A stretch of 64,000 bases of DNA from Acutalibacteraceae bacterium (GTDB lineage: Bacteria > Bacillota > Clostridia > Oscillospirales > Acutalibacteraceae): contig JAZRKK010000065.1 of NCBI GenBank assembly GCA_045646305.1, forward strand, positions 11,660 to 75,659. The letters are read 5' to 3'. Each line of letters begins with the position of its first letter. The first letter of the stretch is position 1. A model generated the notes under the pieces. It saw only the letters and a list, made by a program, of their open reading frames with translations. It had not been told where the DNA came from and ran no database searches. Made by a program: the position numbers and the translations under genes. Below are positions 19,072 to 28,976 of the stretch, one piece after another.

Positions 19072-19098
19072 AAGAGTGAGGTTTTATTCCTCACTCTT
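19072..19098. terminator. Bidirectional terminator between rnhA and the kinase gene
   Basis: Stem AAGAGTGAGG/CCTCACTCTT flanked by A and T runs. The stop codon of the minus-strand gene lies in the loop. Confidence 0.7.
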
Positions 19099-19977
19099 TT
19101 TTAATTGCTCTAATTTTTCTTTTGTCACAAGACCATCACTAAACGCCGTTGCGCTACCTGCTGTAACTGCCGTTTTTAAACAGTTTTTATAATCGCTACC
19201 ATTAAGATACTCAGCCAAAAATGCAGCTATCGCACTATCGCCCGAGCCAACCGCGCTAATAACATCGCCTTTTGGTGCTTTTTGGACATAGGACTTGCCA
19301 TCTTCATCAATTAATACTGCGCCTTTGTCAGACAAAGTTACCATTACATTCTTAGCACCTAGTCCTTGTAATTTTTGAGCATAATTTAATGCCGTATCAA
19401 AATCAGTGATTTCGATATTAAAAATCTCGCCTAGTTCATGATGGTTAGGTTTTATTAAAAAAGGTTTATATTTTAGTGTATCAAACAACAAATCTTTTTC
19501 AGCATCTACCACAAAATTTATATCTTTTGTTTTTAGATTTTCAAGTATGTTTTGGTATACATCCTGCGGTAAAGACTTTGGCACACTGCCCGAAATTACC
19601 AAAAAATCTCCTTTTTGAAGTTTATCAAACTTTAAATAAAGTTCTTCAAGTTCACCAAAAGATATATCCGGTCCTGTGGCATTTATATCCGTATCATTTA
19701 GTTTTACGTTTATTCGTGTGTTACCTGACACATTTACAAAATCGCACTCTATGCCATTTTGTTTCAAATGATTCTCAATTGCTGTGCCGATAAACCCACC
19801 AACAAAACCCAAGCATACCGAATTTACCCCAAACTCTTTTAAAACGATGGAAACATTTATTCCCTTGCCACCAAAACGAATTTGTTCGGTTTTAGTTCGA
19901 TTTACTTGACCCAGCTTTAAATCATCAAGTGCGATATAATAATCTACCGCCGGATTAAAGGTTAAAGTATATATCAT
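19084..19977 (-). CDS. 1-phosphofructokinase / tagatose-6-phosphate kinase family (PfkB)
   Basis: 297 aa. N-terminus MIYTLTFNPAVDY, GGKGINVS, and C-terminal GSGDSAIAAF. Confidence 0.75.
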   Translation of the reverse strand: MIYTLTFNPAVDYYIALDDLKLGQVNRTKTEQIRFGGKGINVSIVLKEFGVNSVCLGFVGGFIGTAIENHLKQNGIECDFVNVSGNTRINVKLNDTDINATGPDISFGELEELYLKFDKLQKGDFLVISGSVPKSLPQDVYQNILENLKTKDINFVVDAEKDLLFDTLKYKPFLIKPNHHELGEIFNIEITDFDTALNYAQKLQGLGAKNVMVTLSDKGAVLIDEDGKSYVQKAPKGDVISAVGSGDSAIAAFLAEYLNGSDYKNCLKTAVTAGSATAFSDGLVTKEKLEQLKKSEE

Positions 19978-19978
19978 T

Positions 19979-20779
19979 TTATTTTACCTTTTCTTTAATC
20001 TTGCTGTAAAACTCTTGCTGAAGTCTTGGAACAACCGTATCATTCTTTACATTTGCGATTATTTCGGCAAGGTCTTGTACTGCTGCGGCAATAGCGATTT
20101 CACCTTTTTCCTTCGTTGCGGCGCTTGGTTCTCCCGTTACATTTTGTGGCCATTTATCATACCACCAAAGTCCTGTGTAAACGCGACTACCCAAATTGGC
20201 GATTTCGTGCTTGGGCTTTATTCTTTCAGGCACTTTCTGATATTCTAATTTTACACTGCCAGGCGCTGTTGCCATAACCAAACTTGTTTCACGCTCATCA
20301 GCATGTCCGCCGCGCTCAGTATCCCAAATATCCAAATTTGCAAAACGACCATCACCATAAGCAAAACAACTATACAAGGTATAATCTACCTCGCGGTCAA
20401 GTTGCGACATTGCAAAATATTGCAAAAAGTTAGTGTTGCCCCCGTGACCACTGACAATAAGAATCTTTTTAAAACCATTGGATGCAATCTGGTCAAGCAA
20501 TTGCTCTAGCATTTGGCAAAGTAAATCTGTTTTAAAGTTTATAGCGCCTGTAAAACACGCCGCTTCATGAACTTGACCAAACCAATAGGTAGGAAATACA
20601 ACACAATTTTCTTTTTGCGCTGCGCGTACACATATATCGTGACACACAAGACCGTCCGTACCAAACGGCAAATGGTCGCCGTGTCGTTCGAGACAACCTA
20701 TCGGCAATATACAAAGTTGCTCTTTTTTAGATAATTCTTTAAAATCAGGGGGTGTTAAATATTCCCATCTTACTTCCAT
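19979..20779 (-). CDS. Creatininase-family amidohydrolase
   Basis: 266 aa. LPIGCLERHGDHLPFGTD and GHGGN motifs are typical of the creatininase fold. Confidence 0.65.
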   Translation of the reverse strand: MEVRWEYLTPPDFKELSKKEQLCILPIGCLERHGDHLPFGTDGLVCHDICVRAAQKENCVVFPTYWFGQVHEAACFTGAINFKTDLLCQMLEQLLDQIASNGFKKILIVSGHGGNTNFLQYFAMSQLDREVDYTLYSCFAYGDGRFANLDIWDTERGGHADERETSLVMATAPGSVKLEYQKVPERIKPKHEIANLGSRVYTGLWWYDKWPQNVTGEPSAATKEKGEIAIAAAVQDLAEIIANVKNDTVVPRLQQEFYSKIKEKVK

Positions 20780-20790
20780 AATTAAAACCT

Positions 20791-22749
20791 CTATTTTGTA
20801 TTAAACCAAACAGCCATTTTGCTTTCTTCGGTCCAAAGTTTACCAGCTGAAGCGTAGTCGGTAACTGTAAAATAGCCACCTTCGGTAGTTGGAATTTTTG
20901 CTTCTATCTCACAAGCATAAGGCGCTGTTTTTTCGTTTGGTATTACTATATCGACATATCCATCTTCGTTTACCTTTACACTAACAGCATCATCCACACT
21001 ATAACCCAAACGATTTTCACCAGCAAGCATTAGTGGACCATACTGAATAGCGATATGATTTCTAGTAGATGGATGTTCTCGGTCAAAGGTCGGGCACATA
21101 CAGTTAGCGCCCCAAATAACTTTGTTCATTAAAATTTGACTACCGTAAGCAATCGGCAAAATAGCCTTTGCTCTCATATCAAACTCAATTTCAACCACAT
21201 CGCCCTTTGCCCATTTGCGATATATAGAAATATAACCTTTAGTAACGCTAATTTGTTTTCCGTTTACGTAGCAAATTGTGTTTTCGCTCCACTCAGGATT
21301 TCGCAAAAGAAGCTCAAACTCATCATCGCAATCGGTATCGATTGTGATTTTTACGCTATTTTCAACAGGGTATTTTGTATCAAACAAAAGTTTTACCTTT
21401 TCGCCGTTTGCAAGTGGTTGATTAACCTCGCCTTTTTCATAAAGGTTTACAACCACGCCGGATTCACTTGTAAATACAGCCGATTTCATCGCAACGCCTA
21501 TACCAGCCGAACCAATACAAATACAACAACCGTAGTATCTACCGTCGCTGAATGGTTTAAGTCCACCTGTTCCGTTACCGCGAATTCCCGGGGTAAGAGG
21601 ACTATAACTATCAAAAGGCATTGGTACCATTGTAAGTTCGGGATATAATTTTGCTGCGGTAGTATCGATAGCGTTATCGGTGTTTACAGCACCTAAATAA
21701 CCATTATAAAGCGAACGCTCAAAAGCATCCATATACTTTGGATCACCTGTTATCAAATTAAGCTGATAGAAAAATTGCATTAAAGTTACGGTTACGCATG
21801 TTTCCTGTGCACGAGGATCACCACGATCGGGATTTGCCTGGCGAACAGTAGAATGGTCAAACAACTCGTGCGTACAACCAGCCGAACCAATAACAGTAAA
21901 GTCATCCTCTAAAACACGATTAGCAAAATTTATTATCGCTTTAAGATGTTTTTCGTTTTTAGTAATTCGGTAATATTCAAGCAGACCTACAAAACAAGAT
22001 GTCATTTCGTAAGCCTTGGTTACAGGGTACTGATATGGATGCAACTCATCACGGTATGCAAGTTCAAAAACATTTTCTACATCCATACCACCACAAGCAA
22101 CAATATATTCAGCAAAGTCTAAATATTTTTTCTCTCCAGTAAGTGAATAAAGACGCACAATTGGCTCAAGAATAGATGATGAATTAAGTCCGCGCCAATG
22201 ACGAGTAAGGCGAGTTATAAGCAATTTGCCCTCGCTTTGCCAACCAATGCGCTTTGTAAGATAATCTACTTGTTTTTTCATACATTCAATTACCTTTTGG
22301 TTAAACTTTTGGTCATCACATATTTCTACGAAATATTCCATACCTAAAAGCACATATTTACGGCTCCATAAGTCCCACCCATCGTACTCTTTTTCTACGC
22401 TGTATGTGCTTATTCTGCCAAGCTCATCCTGACTTTCAACCAAGTCATTAACAGTATTTTTTAAAATATCAAAAAGTTCTTTATCTTTTGAATATGAGTA
22501 AACAAAACATGCACCTCGCATCATTTTGCCCCAAAACTCACCACGCCAGCCGGCATCGTGATCATCAGGCGAGCATCGGAATTGTTCCACAAAAAGTTTC
22601 CACATTTTTGCATCACGAAGCTGCATATCGGTAATAAGATTAATGCTTCTGTGGAGCCAACCTTCAAAGTGCGCTTCACGGTTTATATCAAAAAATTTAT
22701 CGGTATCATTTCTTGGAAAATTTGCTGTTAAATTTCCATATATTTTCAT
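20791..22749 (-). CDS. Glycoside hydrolase family 127-like (DUF1680, beta-L-arabinofuranosidase type)
   Basis: 652 aa with no signal peptide. The size and overall pattern recall GH127. Assigned from memory only. Confidence 0.5.
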   Translation of the reverse strand: MKIYGNLTANFPRNDTDKFFDINREAHFEGWLHRSINLITDMQLRDAKMWKLFVEQFRCSPDDHDAGWRGEFWGKMMRGACFVYSYSKDKELFDILKNTVNDLVESQDELGRISTYSVEKEYDGWDLWSRKYVLLGMEYFVEICDDQKFNQKVIECMKKQVDYLTKRIGWQSEGKLLITRLTRHWRGLNSSSILEPIVRLYSLTGEKKYLDFAEYIVACGGMDVENVFELAYRDELHPYQYPVTKAYEMTSCFVGLLEYYRITKNEKHLKAIINFANRVLEDDFTVIGSAGCTHELFDHSTVRQANPDRGDPRAQETCVTVTLMQFFYQLNLITGDPKYMDAFERSLYNGYLGAVNTDNAIDTTAAKLYPELTMVPMPFDSYSPLTPGIRGNGTGGLKPFSDGRYYGCCICIGSAGIGVAMKSAVFTSESGVVVNLYEKGEVNQPLANGEKVKLLFDTKYPVENSVKITIDTDCDDEFELLLRNPEWSENTICYVNGKQISVTKGYISIYRKWAKGDVVEIEFDMRAKAILPIAYGSQILMNKVIWGANCMCPTFDREHPSTRNHIAIQYGPLMLAGENRLGYSVDDAVSVKVNEDGYVDIVIPNEKTAPYACEIEAKIPTTEGGYFTVTDYASAGKLWTEESKMAVWFNTK

Positions 22750-22903
22750 AAAAATACCTCCTAAGACAACTTAAATTAAATATAATACATAAATTTTTAA
22801 AAGTCAATTAAAACACAGCTGGAATTAAAATCTTAAATGTTTGTATGGAAAAAAATAAATTTATATGCTAAAATAATAAAAATCAAAAAAGGAGGCGGTA
22901 AAA

Positions 22904-24457
22904 ATGGAACTTAAAAACAAACTTACAAAACCATGGATTTTAATTGTAATCAGCGCAGTCTTATCAGCATTACCGCTTACTTTTGAAAATTTATTTTTTG
23001 TTTCTTGGGTTTCGTTCGTGCCACTTTTTTATGTGCTATTAAAACACAGTGGTGACAAGTTGCACCTTGCATTTGGACGAGGATTTTTATTCGGACTAAT
23101 ATACCATTTATGTATTTATTATTGGTTTTTGTGGTTTTATCCACTTGACTTTGTAAATCTTACTAGCGGATCATCAGTTGCGGTTGTATTGCTCGCATGG
23201 ATTGGCATCAGTGCTGCACACGGTGCGCTGTGGTGTTTACCTTTCGTTGTTTGTGAATTAAGTTTCAAAAATTTAAATTACAAACCATTGCTTACCGCAT
23301 TAGGTATTTTGTGTATTATCCTTGCACAAAAAATCCCCTACATTAGCGAACTTTCTTTTCCTTGGGCAAGAATTTCGCTCGGCCAATATAAAGCTACCGC
23401 GCTTATACAAGGCGCCTCGCTTTTTGGCATTGATGGGGTTGATATGCTAATACTTTTGGTAAATGGGCTTATTACACTCGCTATAATATCGCGCAACAAA
23501 AAACGAATACTATCGCTCGTATCAGCGTTGATTATATTCTCCGGAAATCTTGGGTTCGGTTTGGTAAGAATTAATATCACTAACAACAAACAACCCCTTA
23601 CCATTATGACAGTTCAAGGCAGTGTTGAACAAAGTGATAAATGGTCAAGTGAGGGTGATGAGATTTGCTATGACATTTATTCCGACCTTACCAAAGAAAA
23701 TATAACCGATGATGTCGATTTAATCTTGTGGCCGGAAAGCGCCGTGCCCAAAGTTTATAAATCAGAAAAATCACTTAAACAATACAAAAATTTATCAAAA
23801 GAACTTAACTCACCAATACTTGCCGGCGTTCTGCTTAAAAATGATGGTGACCACACCAATAATGCCACTTTGATTGACAAGGATGGTGTTGTCGCAAATT
23901 ATGCCAAACGCCAGTTAGTTCCTTTTGGTGAATATATGCCATACCAAAAAGCATTATCAAAGCTGTTTCCGTATTTAACTAAACTTAATATTATTGAGGA
24001 TGACTATGTATCGGGTGACAGCACTGAAATTATGGAAATCGAGGGTGGAAAGCTTGGTAATATTATTTGTTTTGAAAGCATTTATCCTGCCCTTACTAGA
24101 CAAAGCACACTTGATGGCGCCGAGGTTTTAATCGAGATTACAAACGATTCTTGGTTAAAGGACTCCCCCGCTATGTACCAACACCTCGCACACGGAGTTT
24201 TCCGAAGTGTTGAAAACGGAAGATACCTTGTGCGCAGCGCAAATTCTGGTGTATCGGCGGTAATCGATAATCGAGGCAGGGTGATAAAATTGCTCGAACC
24301 TGATGTTCAAGGCGTAATAACCGACACGGTATATTTTAGCGATGAACAAACGCTTTATACCAAAACAGGTAATATTCTTTTTCCACTTTATTGCATAGCG
24401 GTTTTAATTTGGGCTACAATTTTGTATATTAAAAGAATAAAAAAGGTAGATAGGTAA
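22904..24457 (+). CDS. lnt: Apolipoprotein N-acyltransferase
   Basis: 517 aa. A multi-TM N-terminal half, then a CN-hydrolase domain with the E-K-C triad contexts LILWPESA, AKRQLVPFGEY and IICFES. Confidence 0.8.
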   Translation: MELKNKLTKPWILIVISAVLSALPLTFENLFFVSWVSFVPLFYVLLKHSGDKLHLAFGRGFLFGLIYHLCIYYWFLWFYPLDFVNLTSGSSVAVVLLAWIGISAAHGALWCLPFVVCELSFKNLNYKPLLTALGILCIILAQKIPYISELSFPWARISLGQYKATALIQGASLFGIDGVDMLILLVNGLITLAIISRNKKRILSLVSALIIFSGNLGFGLVRINITNNKQPLTIMTVQGSVEQSDKWSSEGDEICYDIYSDLTKENITDDVDLILWPESAVPKVYKSEKSLKQYKNLSKELNSPILAGVLLKNDGDHTNNATLIDKDGVVANYAKRQLVPFGEYMPYQKALSKLFPYLTKLNIIEDDYVSGDSTEIMEIEGGKLGNIICFESIYPALTRQSTLDGAEVLIEITNDSWLKDSPAMYQHLAHGVFRSVENGRYLVRSANSGVSAVIDNRGRVIKLLEPDVQGVITDTVYFSDEQTLYTKTGNILFPLYCIAVLIWATILYIKRIKKVDR

Positions 24458-24470
24458 TTCCCATCTACCT
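24444..24470 (+). terminator. Terminator after lnt
   Basis: Stem AGGTAGAT/ATCTACCT followed by TTTTTATTTT. The lnt stop codon lies inside the hairpin. Confidence 0.6.
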
Positions 24471-24550
24471 TTTTTATTTTTATTAATTGTTAAAGCAGAG
24501 AAGCGAAACCTGACTTCTGTTAACATGCTATCGTTCTATTTTTTCACATA

Positions 24551-25510
24551 TTAATTCAATTCAAAAACGACTTCTTCTGTTACGAGGATTTCCCTACCAT
24601 CCAATGACTTTGTTTTAATTACAATAGGAAAAGACAATTCCAACTTATTCCCTTCAAATATATCGTATCTTGCCCCTCTTTCACCAATCGTATAATTGAT
24701 TAACACACCTTTGTATGCCTCTTCTAAGTATTCATTTATTCTACGCAAAAAATCATCTATATTAAAATCATTAATTTCAATATGGTCGTATTTACCAACA
24801 TCAAAAACAGCATAAGCACAAAGTTCGCCTTTTGAGTTCAACCAAATCGAAATACCATCAGTCGTAGGTATTCCATTGAAAGTCTTCAAAAACTGATAGT
24901 CCACTATACCAGAAATAGGTTCATATTTTTTGACTATATCATATTTAAAATCAGGATGTAACAAATCAAGATATTTTCTTGCATTTTCCTCCTCGTTTTT
25001 ATTTGCACCAGAAAAAACTTGTATTCCTTCAAGATTTATAAAGTTTTTAATTGTTCCATCTTGGCTAATAGCGATTTCTGCTTGTTCGTTCTTAAAAACG
25101 TCATTATTCTCTCCCGTATACTGATTTATCTTGCTTTCATAATACGGAATATCAATATATTCAGTCCCCAAAAAACTAATAGACTTGCTTTTTATATTGT
25201 CTTTTTTATATTTACTGAATTGCGAGTTCTTATCAACGATATGCTCTTTTGTTGTTTGAGAAATATCATCAACATTAGAATTTCTAAAATACATTTTTGT
25301 AGTTTGGGCATCTACATTGATTACTTCTTTTTTGTTTTGTAAATCAGCATTAACATCGTCTATTTCCTTTGTATTTTTATTCTCACTATCCGTTTCAATT
25401 ATTGATGTTTTTGATTTCTGTTGTATTTCAGAACAATTATATTGCTTAGTTCTACAAGCGCACAAAACCAATACGCTTATAATTAAAAAATAAATTAAAA
25501 ATTTTTTCAT
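24551..25510 (-). CDS. Hypothetical secreted protein or lipoprotein
   Basis: 319 aa. N-terminus MKKFLIYFLIISVLVLCAC (signal peptide with Cys). No recognisable catalytic motif. Confidence 0.6.
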   Translation of the reverse strand: MKKFLIYFLIISVLVLCACRTKQYNCSEIQQKSKTSIIETDSENKNTKEIDDVNADLQNKKEVINVDAQTTKMYFRNSNVDDISQTTKEHIVDKNSQFSKYKKDNIKSKSISFLGTEYIDIPYYESKINQYTGENNDVFKNEQAEIAISQDGTIKNFINLEGIQVFSGANKNEEENARKYLDLLHPDFKYDIVKKYEPISGIVDYQFLKTFNGIPTTDGISIWLNSKGELCAYAVFDVGKYDHIEINDFNIDDFLRRINEYLEEAYKGVLINYTIGERGARYDIFEGNKLELSFPIVIKTKSLDGREILVTEEVVFELN

Positions 25511-25542
25511 AGTGGCACTCCTTTCACTATAAAATCACATAC

Positions 25543-27462
25543 CTATGATACTAATTTTTGGGTCAAACTCCCTTTGATGTACGTATGTCCGTCCTCCAAC
25601 CCACCATAATCTCCATTATGATCTACAAAAACAGCCGCAATCGCATCGTTTTTTGCTTGCGCAATTGTTTTGCCTTCACCACAGCTCACTAAAAATTGCT
25701 CCAACCAAGTATCTACTTGACTAGTACTTACTTCTGTCGTCCATCCTATTACAGTCATAGCACCTTTTTGGTGGGTAATATTAACCATATTTTCCGCACC
25801 TTCTCCACCTTCACCTGCACTACAACTTCCATAAATCACACAACGTTCACCACTAAGCGCACCATCCGACAAGGCTGCTATTTGATTATATTCTAAATAC
25901 GATATTCCTTCAGTAGAATGGTTTAAAGTAAGATAATCTTTTGCACCATGTGTATGGATAACCCAAATCATTGAGTTTTTCATTCTATTAAGCGCTGTTG
26001 ATGCTGTTACTCCTGTAAAAATACCATTAGTAGCCGTTACACCTATATTAGAAATTGCTGTTCTAACAGCATCAGTATAATACACACTTCTCGATTGCTC
26101 ACCCTCAAATTTTATTCCATATAATGTTATACTACCATGTGGTGGTGCGTTGTTATAATATCCATCATAAAATGCGGGGTTTTCATTTGAACCATCTACT
26201 GCATAAAGAGTGACCCTCAGTTCTTCTTTGGGCAATGTTGACCAGTCAATAGGTATTGAATATCCGTAATATCCCGTACCATAGCCTGCCGCAGCTACAT
26301 CTGGGCGGTAAATATTTGCTATTGTAGGCTTTGCTAAAACCGTTTCGCCATCTAATGTTCTAACATACAGGTGAACTTGTATTGAACTGTTTACAGCATC
26401 GGGTTTCCAAGCCCAACCGCTAACGCCTGTACTACTAAGGCTGTCAAGTGCTCCACCAGCCTTTCGCACAGTAAATGTTTTTGGTGAATTACCAAGATGC
26501 GGATTAGTACCACCATAAGCATGTATACCATACACACTTACAGTATATGTTCCCGATGGATAACTGCACCAATTCATATCATAACTAAATGCATGTTTTC
26601 CATTTCCATATCCTGCTGCATATAAATCCGCACGATACTGATTTGCCGTTAATGGAAACGCCGTTTGCGAACCTGTTGAATTATTTTTTATATAAACATG
26701 AACATCAATCGGTGTATCAGGCTGTCCCGTTTGATAAGCCCATCCTGATATTTTTGAAGAATTAACCAACTCAAAATGACCTATCGGATCAGGTGGGTTT
26801 TCTACCAACTCAAAACCCCAATGCTGATACAATTCACCAACATAATTAGATAAATATATATTGCCCGCCGAGGTGGCGCTTGTTCCACCAGCACTACCGT
26901 TAGAATTACCGTACGCCGCCAAATATAGATTTGGATTTGCTTTCATAGAAATTCTGTACTGTCCTTGACCTATTAATACAATATTAAATTGCTGAGAGGT
27001 AGGATCAGTTGGATTATATAATTTTATATTTTGGCCATGAGTAAGCGGAGCGCTACCTCGCGTTACATCAACAACACGATTGCTACCATCAGAGCTACAC
27101 ATAGCATAAATCATATAAGAATCACTATCGGCAAAATATACCACTCTAAATTTTTGTTCGATACTACCATCGGCGGTCCACTGGTATATATTTGCTCCGT
27201 TTGCATCAGTGCCATAATGAACATTCATATACTTACCGCTACCAACATTTTTAATACGGTAAACTGCGCCACTTTTTATCCCCGATGTTGCCGCCATGGT
27301 TGAAATCGAGTTATCCTGAACAATGGGTTCTATTTCAATTTCACTATCAGTAATTTGTGAATTTAAATCGGTTGCAATATTTAAATCCTCCGCCGATACA
27401 TTAACCGAGAGTGTAACCAGCAGCGTTAGACACAGCAATACCGCTGTGATTTTTCGTTTCAT
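25543..27462 (-). CDS. Secreted multidomain protein: ricin-B-type lectin domain, two tandem GW-type repeats, and a C-terminal domain with a His-Gly ... Cys dyad
   Basis: The start was moved to MKRKITAVLLCLTLLVTLSVNVSA (signal peptide). Q-x-W-like lectin repeats: IYQW, QQF, YQHW. There is a tandem ~100-aa repeat: ISGWAYQ..ANQYRADLYAAGYGNG and VSGWAWK..ANIYRPDVAAAGYGTG. The C-terminal domain carries VIHTHGA and YGSCSAG. Confidence 0.7.
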   Translation of the reverse strand: MKRKITAVLLCLTLLVTLSVNVSAEDLNIATDLNSQITDSEIEIEPIVQDNSISTMAATSGIKSGAVYRIKNVGSGKYMNVHYGTDANGANIYQWTADGSIEQKFRVVYFADSDSYMIYAMCSSDGSNRVVDVTRGSAPLTHGQNIKLYNPTDPTSQQFNIVLIGQGQYRISMKANPNLYLAAYGNSNGSAGGTSATSAGNIYLSNYVGELYQHWGFELVENPPDPIGHFELVNSSKISGWAYQTGQPDTPIDVHVYIKNNSTGSQTAFPLTANQYRADLYAAGYGNGKHAFSYDMNWCSYPSGTYTVSVYGIHAYGGTNPHLGNSPKTFTVRKAGGALDSLSSTGVSGWAWKPDAVNSSIQVHLYVRTLDGETVLAKPTIANIYRPDVAAAGYGTGYYGYSIPIDWSTLPKEELRVTLYAVDGSNENPAFYDGYYNNAPPHGSITLYGIKFEGEQSRSVYYTDAVRTAISNIGVTATNGIFTGVTASTALNRMKNSMIWVIHTHGAKDYLTLNHSTEGISYLEYNQIAALSDGALSGERCVIYGSCSAGEGGEGAENMVNITHQKGAMTVIGWTTEVSTSQVDTWLEQFLVSCGEGKTIAQAKNDAIAAVFVDHNGDYGGLEDGHTYIKGSLTQKLVS

Positions 27463-27627
27463 TTTTTCTTTCTCCTTTAACTTTAAATGAATGTGTTTTT
27501 GTTTCATTTAAACTATCCATCGGTATCGCCGTCCTTTCTTACGGTATAATATTCCCTTTTATACCTTTCTATTAATAGGATAGCACATAAGCAACGCTTT
27601 GTCAATAATATTTTATGTTACAAAATA

Positions 27628-27656
27628 TTGACTTTCCAAAACATTTTTAATACAAT
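27628..27656 (+). promoter_or_regulatory. Sigma-A-like promoter of the PadR unit
   Basis: TTGACT (27628-27633), a 17-nt spacer, then TACAAT (27651-27656). An 8-bp inverted repeat AATATTTT-N7-AAAATATT overlaps the -35 region. Confidence 0.55.
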
Positions 27657-27677
27657 AAATATGTACTAAGCAAAGAG

Positions 27678-28028
27678 GTGAGTCCAACGGGTATTTCAGA
27701 AGGGCTTAAACGCGGAACTATCGAATTAACATTATTGACGCTTTTAAGCCAAAAGGATATGTACGGCTATGAAATTTGTCAGCAATTAAGGGAACTAACA
27801 AACGGACTTTACGTTGTAACCGAGGGTTCGCTTTATCCCGTGCTTTATCGTTTAATGGAAAAAGGTTGTATCAGCGACCGCAGTGAAAGGGTTGGCAAAC
27901 GCCGCACTCGTGTGTACTATCACATAGAGCAGGCGGGTATTGACTATCTTGATGAAATCAAACGCGAGTATTTTTCAATGCACAACGGTATTTTGCTTGT
28001 GCTTGGTGAAAACGGGGAGGGCGAATAA
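27678..28028 (+). CDS. PadR-family transcriptional regulator
   Basis: 116 aa. LTLLTLLSQKDMYGYEICQQL..SLYPVLYRLMEKG is the classic PadR winged helix. The GTG start is uncertain. Confidence 0.8.
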   Translation: MSPTGISEGLKRGTIELTLLTLLSQKDMYGYEICQQLRELTNGLYVVTEGSLYPVLYRLMEKGCISDRSERVGKRRTRVYYHIEQAGIDYLDEIKREYFSMHNGILLVLGENGEGE

Positions 28029-28029
28029 A

Positions 28030-28416
28030 ATGAAAAAGCAGTTAAAGGCTTATTTTAAAAATATAAAGAAAAATTTGCCCTGCGTAAACTCGGCAATGCG
28101 TACAATGCTTGACGATTTAAAGGTTTCGGCGGAAGTCTTTATCCAAGAAAATAATATTATTGACTTTGCCCAAATCGAGCAGCATTTTGGCGCAGCAGAG
28201 GATATAGCCAAGGAATTTGCCGTGGGTATTGATAATGCATACATAAAATCATATAAATTCAAAAAGCGTGTCACAACGATTGCAATTTCTATACTTGCTG
28301 CAATTTTGATTATAGTAGCATCTCTTGCAATATACATAGTTGTAAGCAGTGAAATAAATACAGTTGCTAACGAAGACACTACAATCACATACGAATATGA
28401 GGAAAACAAAAAATGA
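28030..28416 (+). CDS. Small membrane-anchored protein co-transcribed with PadR
   Basis: ATG at 28030, 1 nt after the padR stop and in frame with track ORF 27940-28416. One C-terminal TM helix (ISILAAILIIVASLAIYIVV). Confidence 0.6.
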   Translation: MKKQLKAYFKNIKKNLPCVNSAMRTMLDDLKVSAEVFIQENNIIDFAQIEQHFGAAEDIAKEFAVGIDNAYIKSYKFKKRVTTIAISILAAILIIVASLAIYIVVSSEINTVANEDTTITYEYEENKK

Positions 28417-28910
28417 AAAAATTACTATCTATAATTTTAACAACCGTTATTTTTATTTCACTTTTTAGTTTTAACACCTTGGCAATTGAGTATAAAGAAA
28501 CGACCGATAAAGAAATAATAATAAGTGAAACAACCGAATATTTCGAGGATGGCAGTTCAATAACCACCACAATAACTCAATTTTTAAATGAAAATCAAAC
28601 CCGCGCAACCAAAACCGTTAGCGGCTCAAAAACAAAAACGGCAAAAAACAGCAGTGGTGATGTTTTGTATAAATTTAAAGTGACAGGAACCTTTAGTGTA
28701 AACGAGGGTGTTAGCGCTACCTGCACCGCCGTTAGCTGCAGTGCAAGTGATTTCGCAAGTGGTTGGAGTCTTGATTCATCAACTACAAGCAAATCGGGAA
28801 ACACCGCCAATGCAACAGGAAATTTTAAATACAAAGTTTTGGGTATAACTACCAGAAACCAACAAACACAAGCTTCACTCTCTTGCAATGTAAATGGAGT
28901 CCTCTCATAA
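28413..28910 (+). CDS. Small secreted hypothetical protein
   Basis: 165 aa. Signal peptide MKKLLSIILTTVIFISLFSFNTLA. The start overlaps the upstream stop by 4 nt. Confidence 0.6.
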   Translation: MKKLLSIILTTVIFISLFSFNTLAIEYKETTDKEIIISETTEYFEDGSSITTTITQFLNENQTRATKTVSGSKTKTAKNSSGDVLYKFKVTGTFSVNEGVSATCTAVSCSASDFASGWSLDSSTTSKSGNTANATGNFKYKVLGITTRNQQTQASLSCNVNGVLS

Positions 28911-28939
28911 ATATAAATATCTTTTTTACCCTCCAACAA

Positions 28940-28976
28940 AACAACGGGCTGACTCGTAACGAGTCAGCCCGTTGTT
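28940..28976. terminator. Bidirectional terminator between convergent genes
   Basis: Perfect 17-bp stem AACAACGGGCTGACTCG / CGAGTCAGCCCGTTGTT with a 3-nt loop. Confidence 0.8.

Noticed and set aside
27940-28029. Upstream extension of the PadR-associated membrane-protein ORF (track start 27940)
   Set aside because: It would overlap the padR 3' end by 89 nt. ATG 28030, 1 nt after the padR stop, gives a sensible MKKQLKAYFKNIKK N-terminus.
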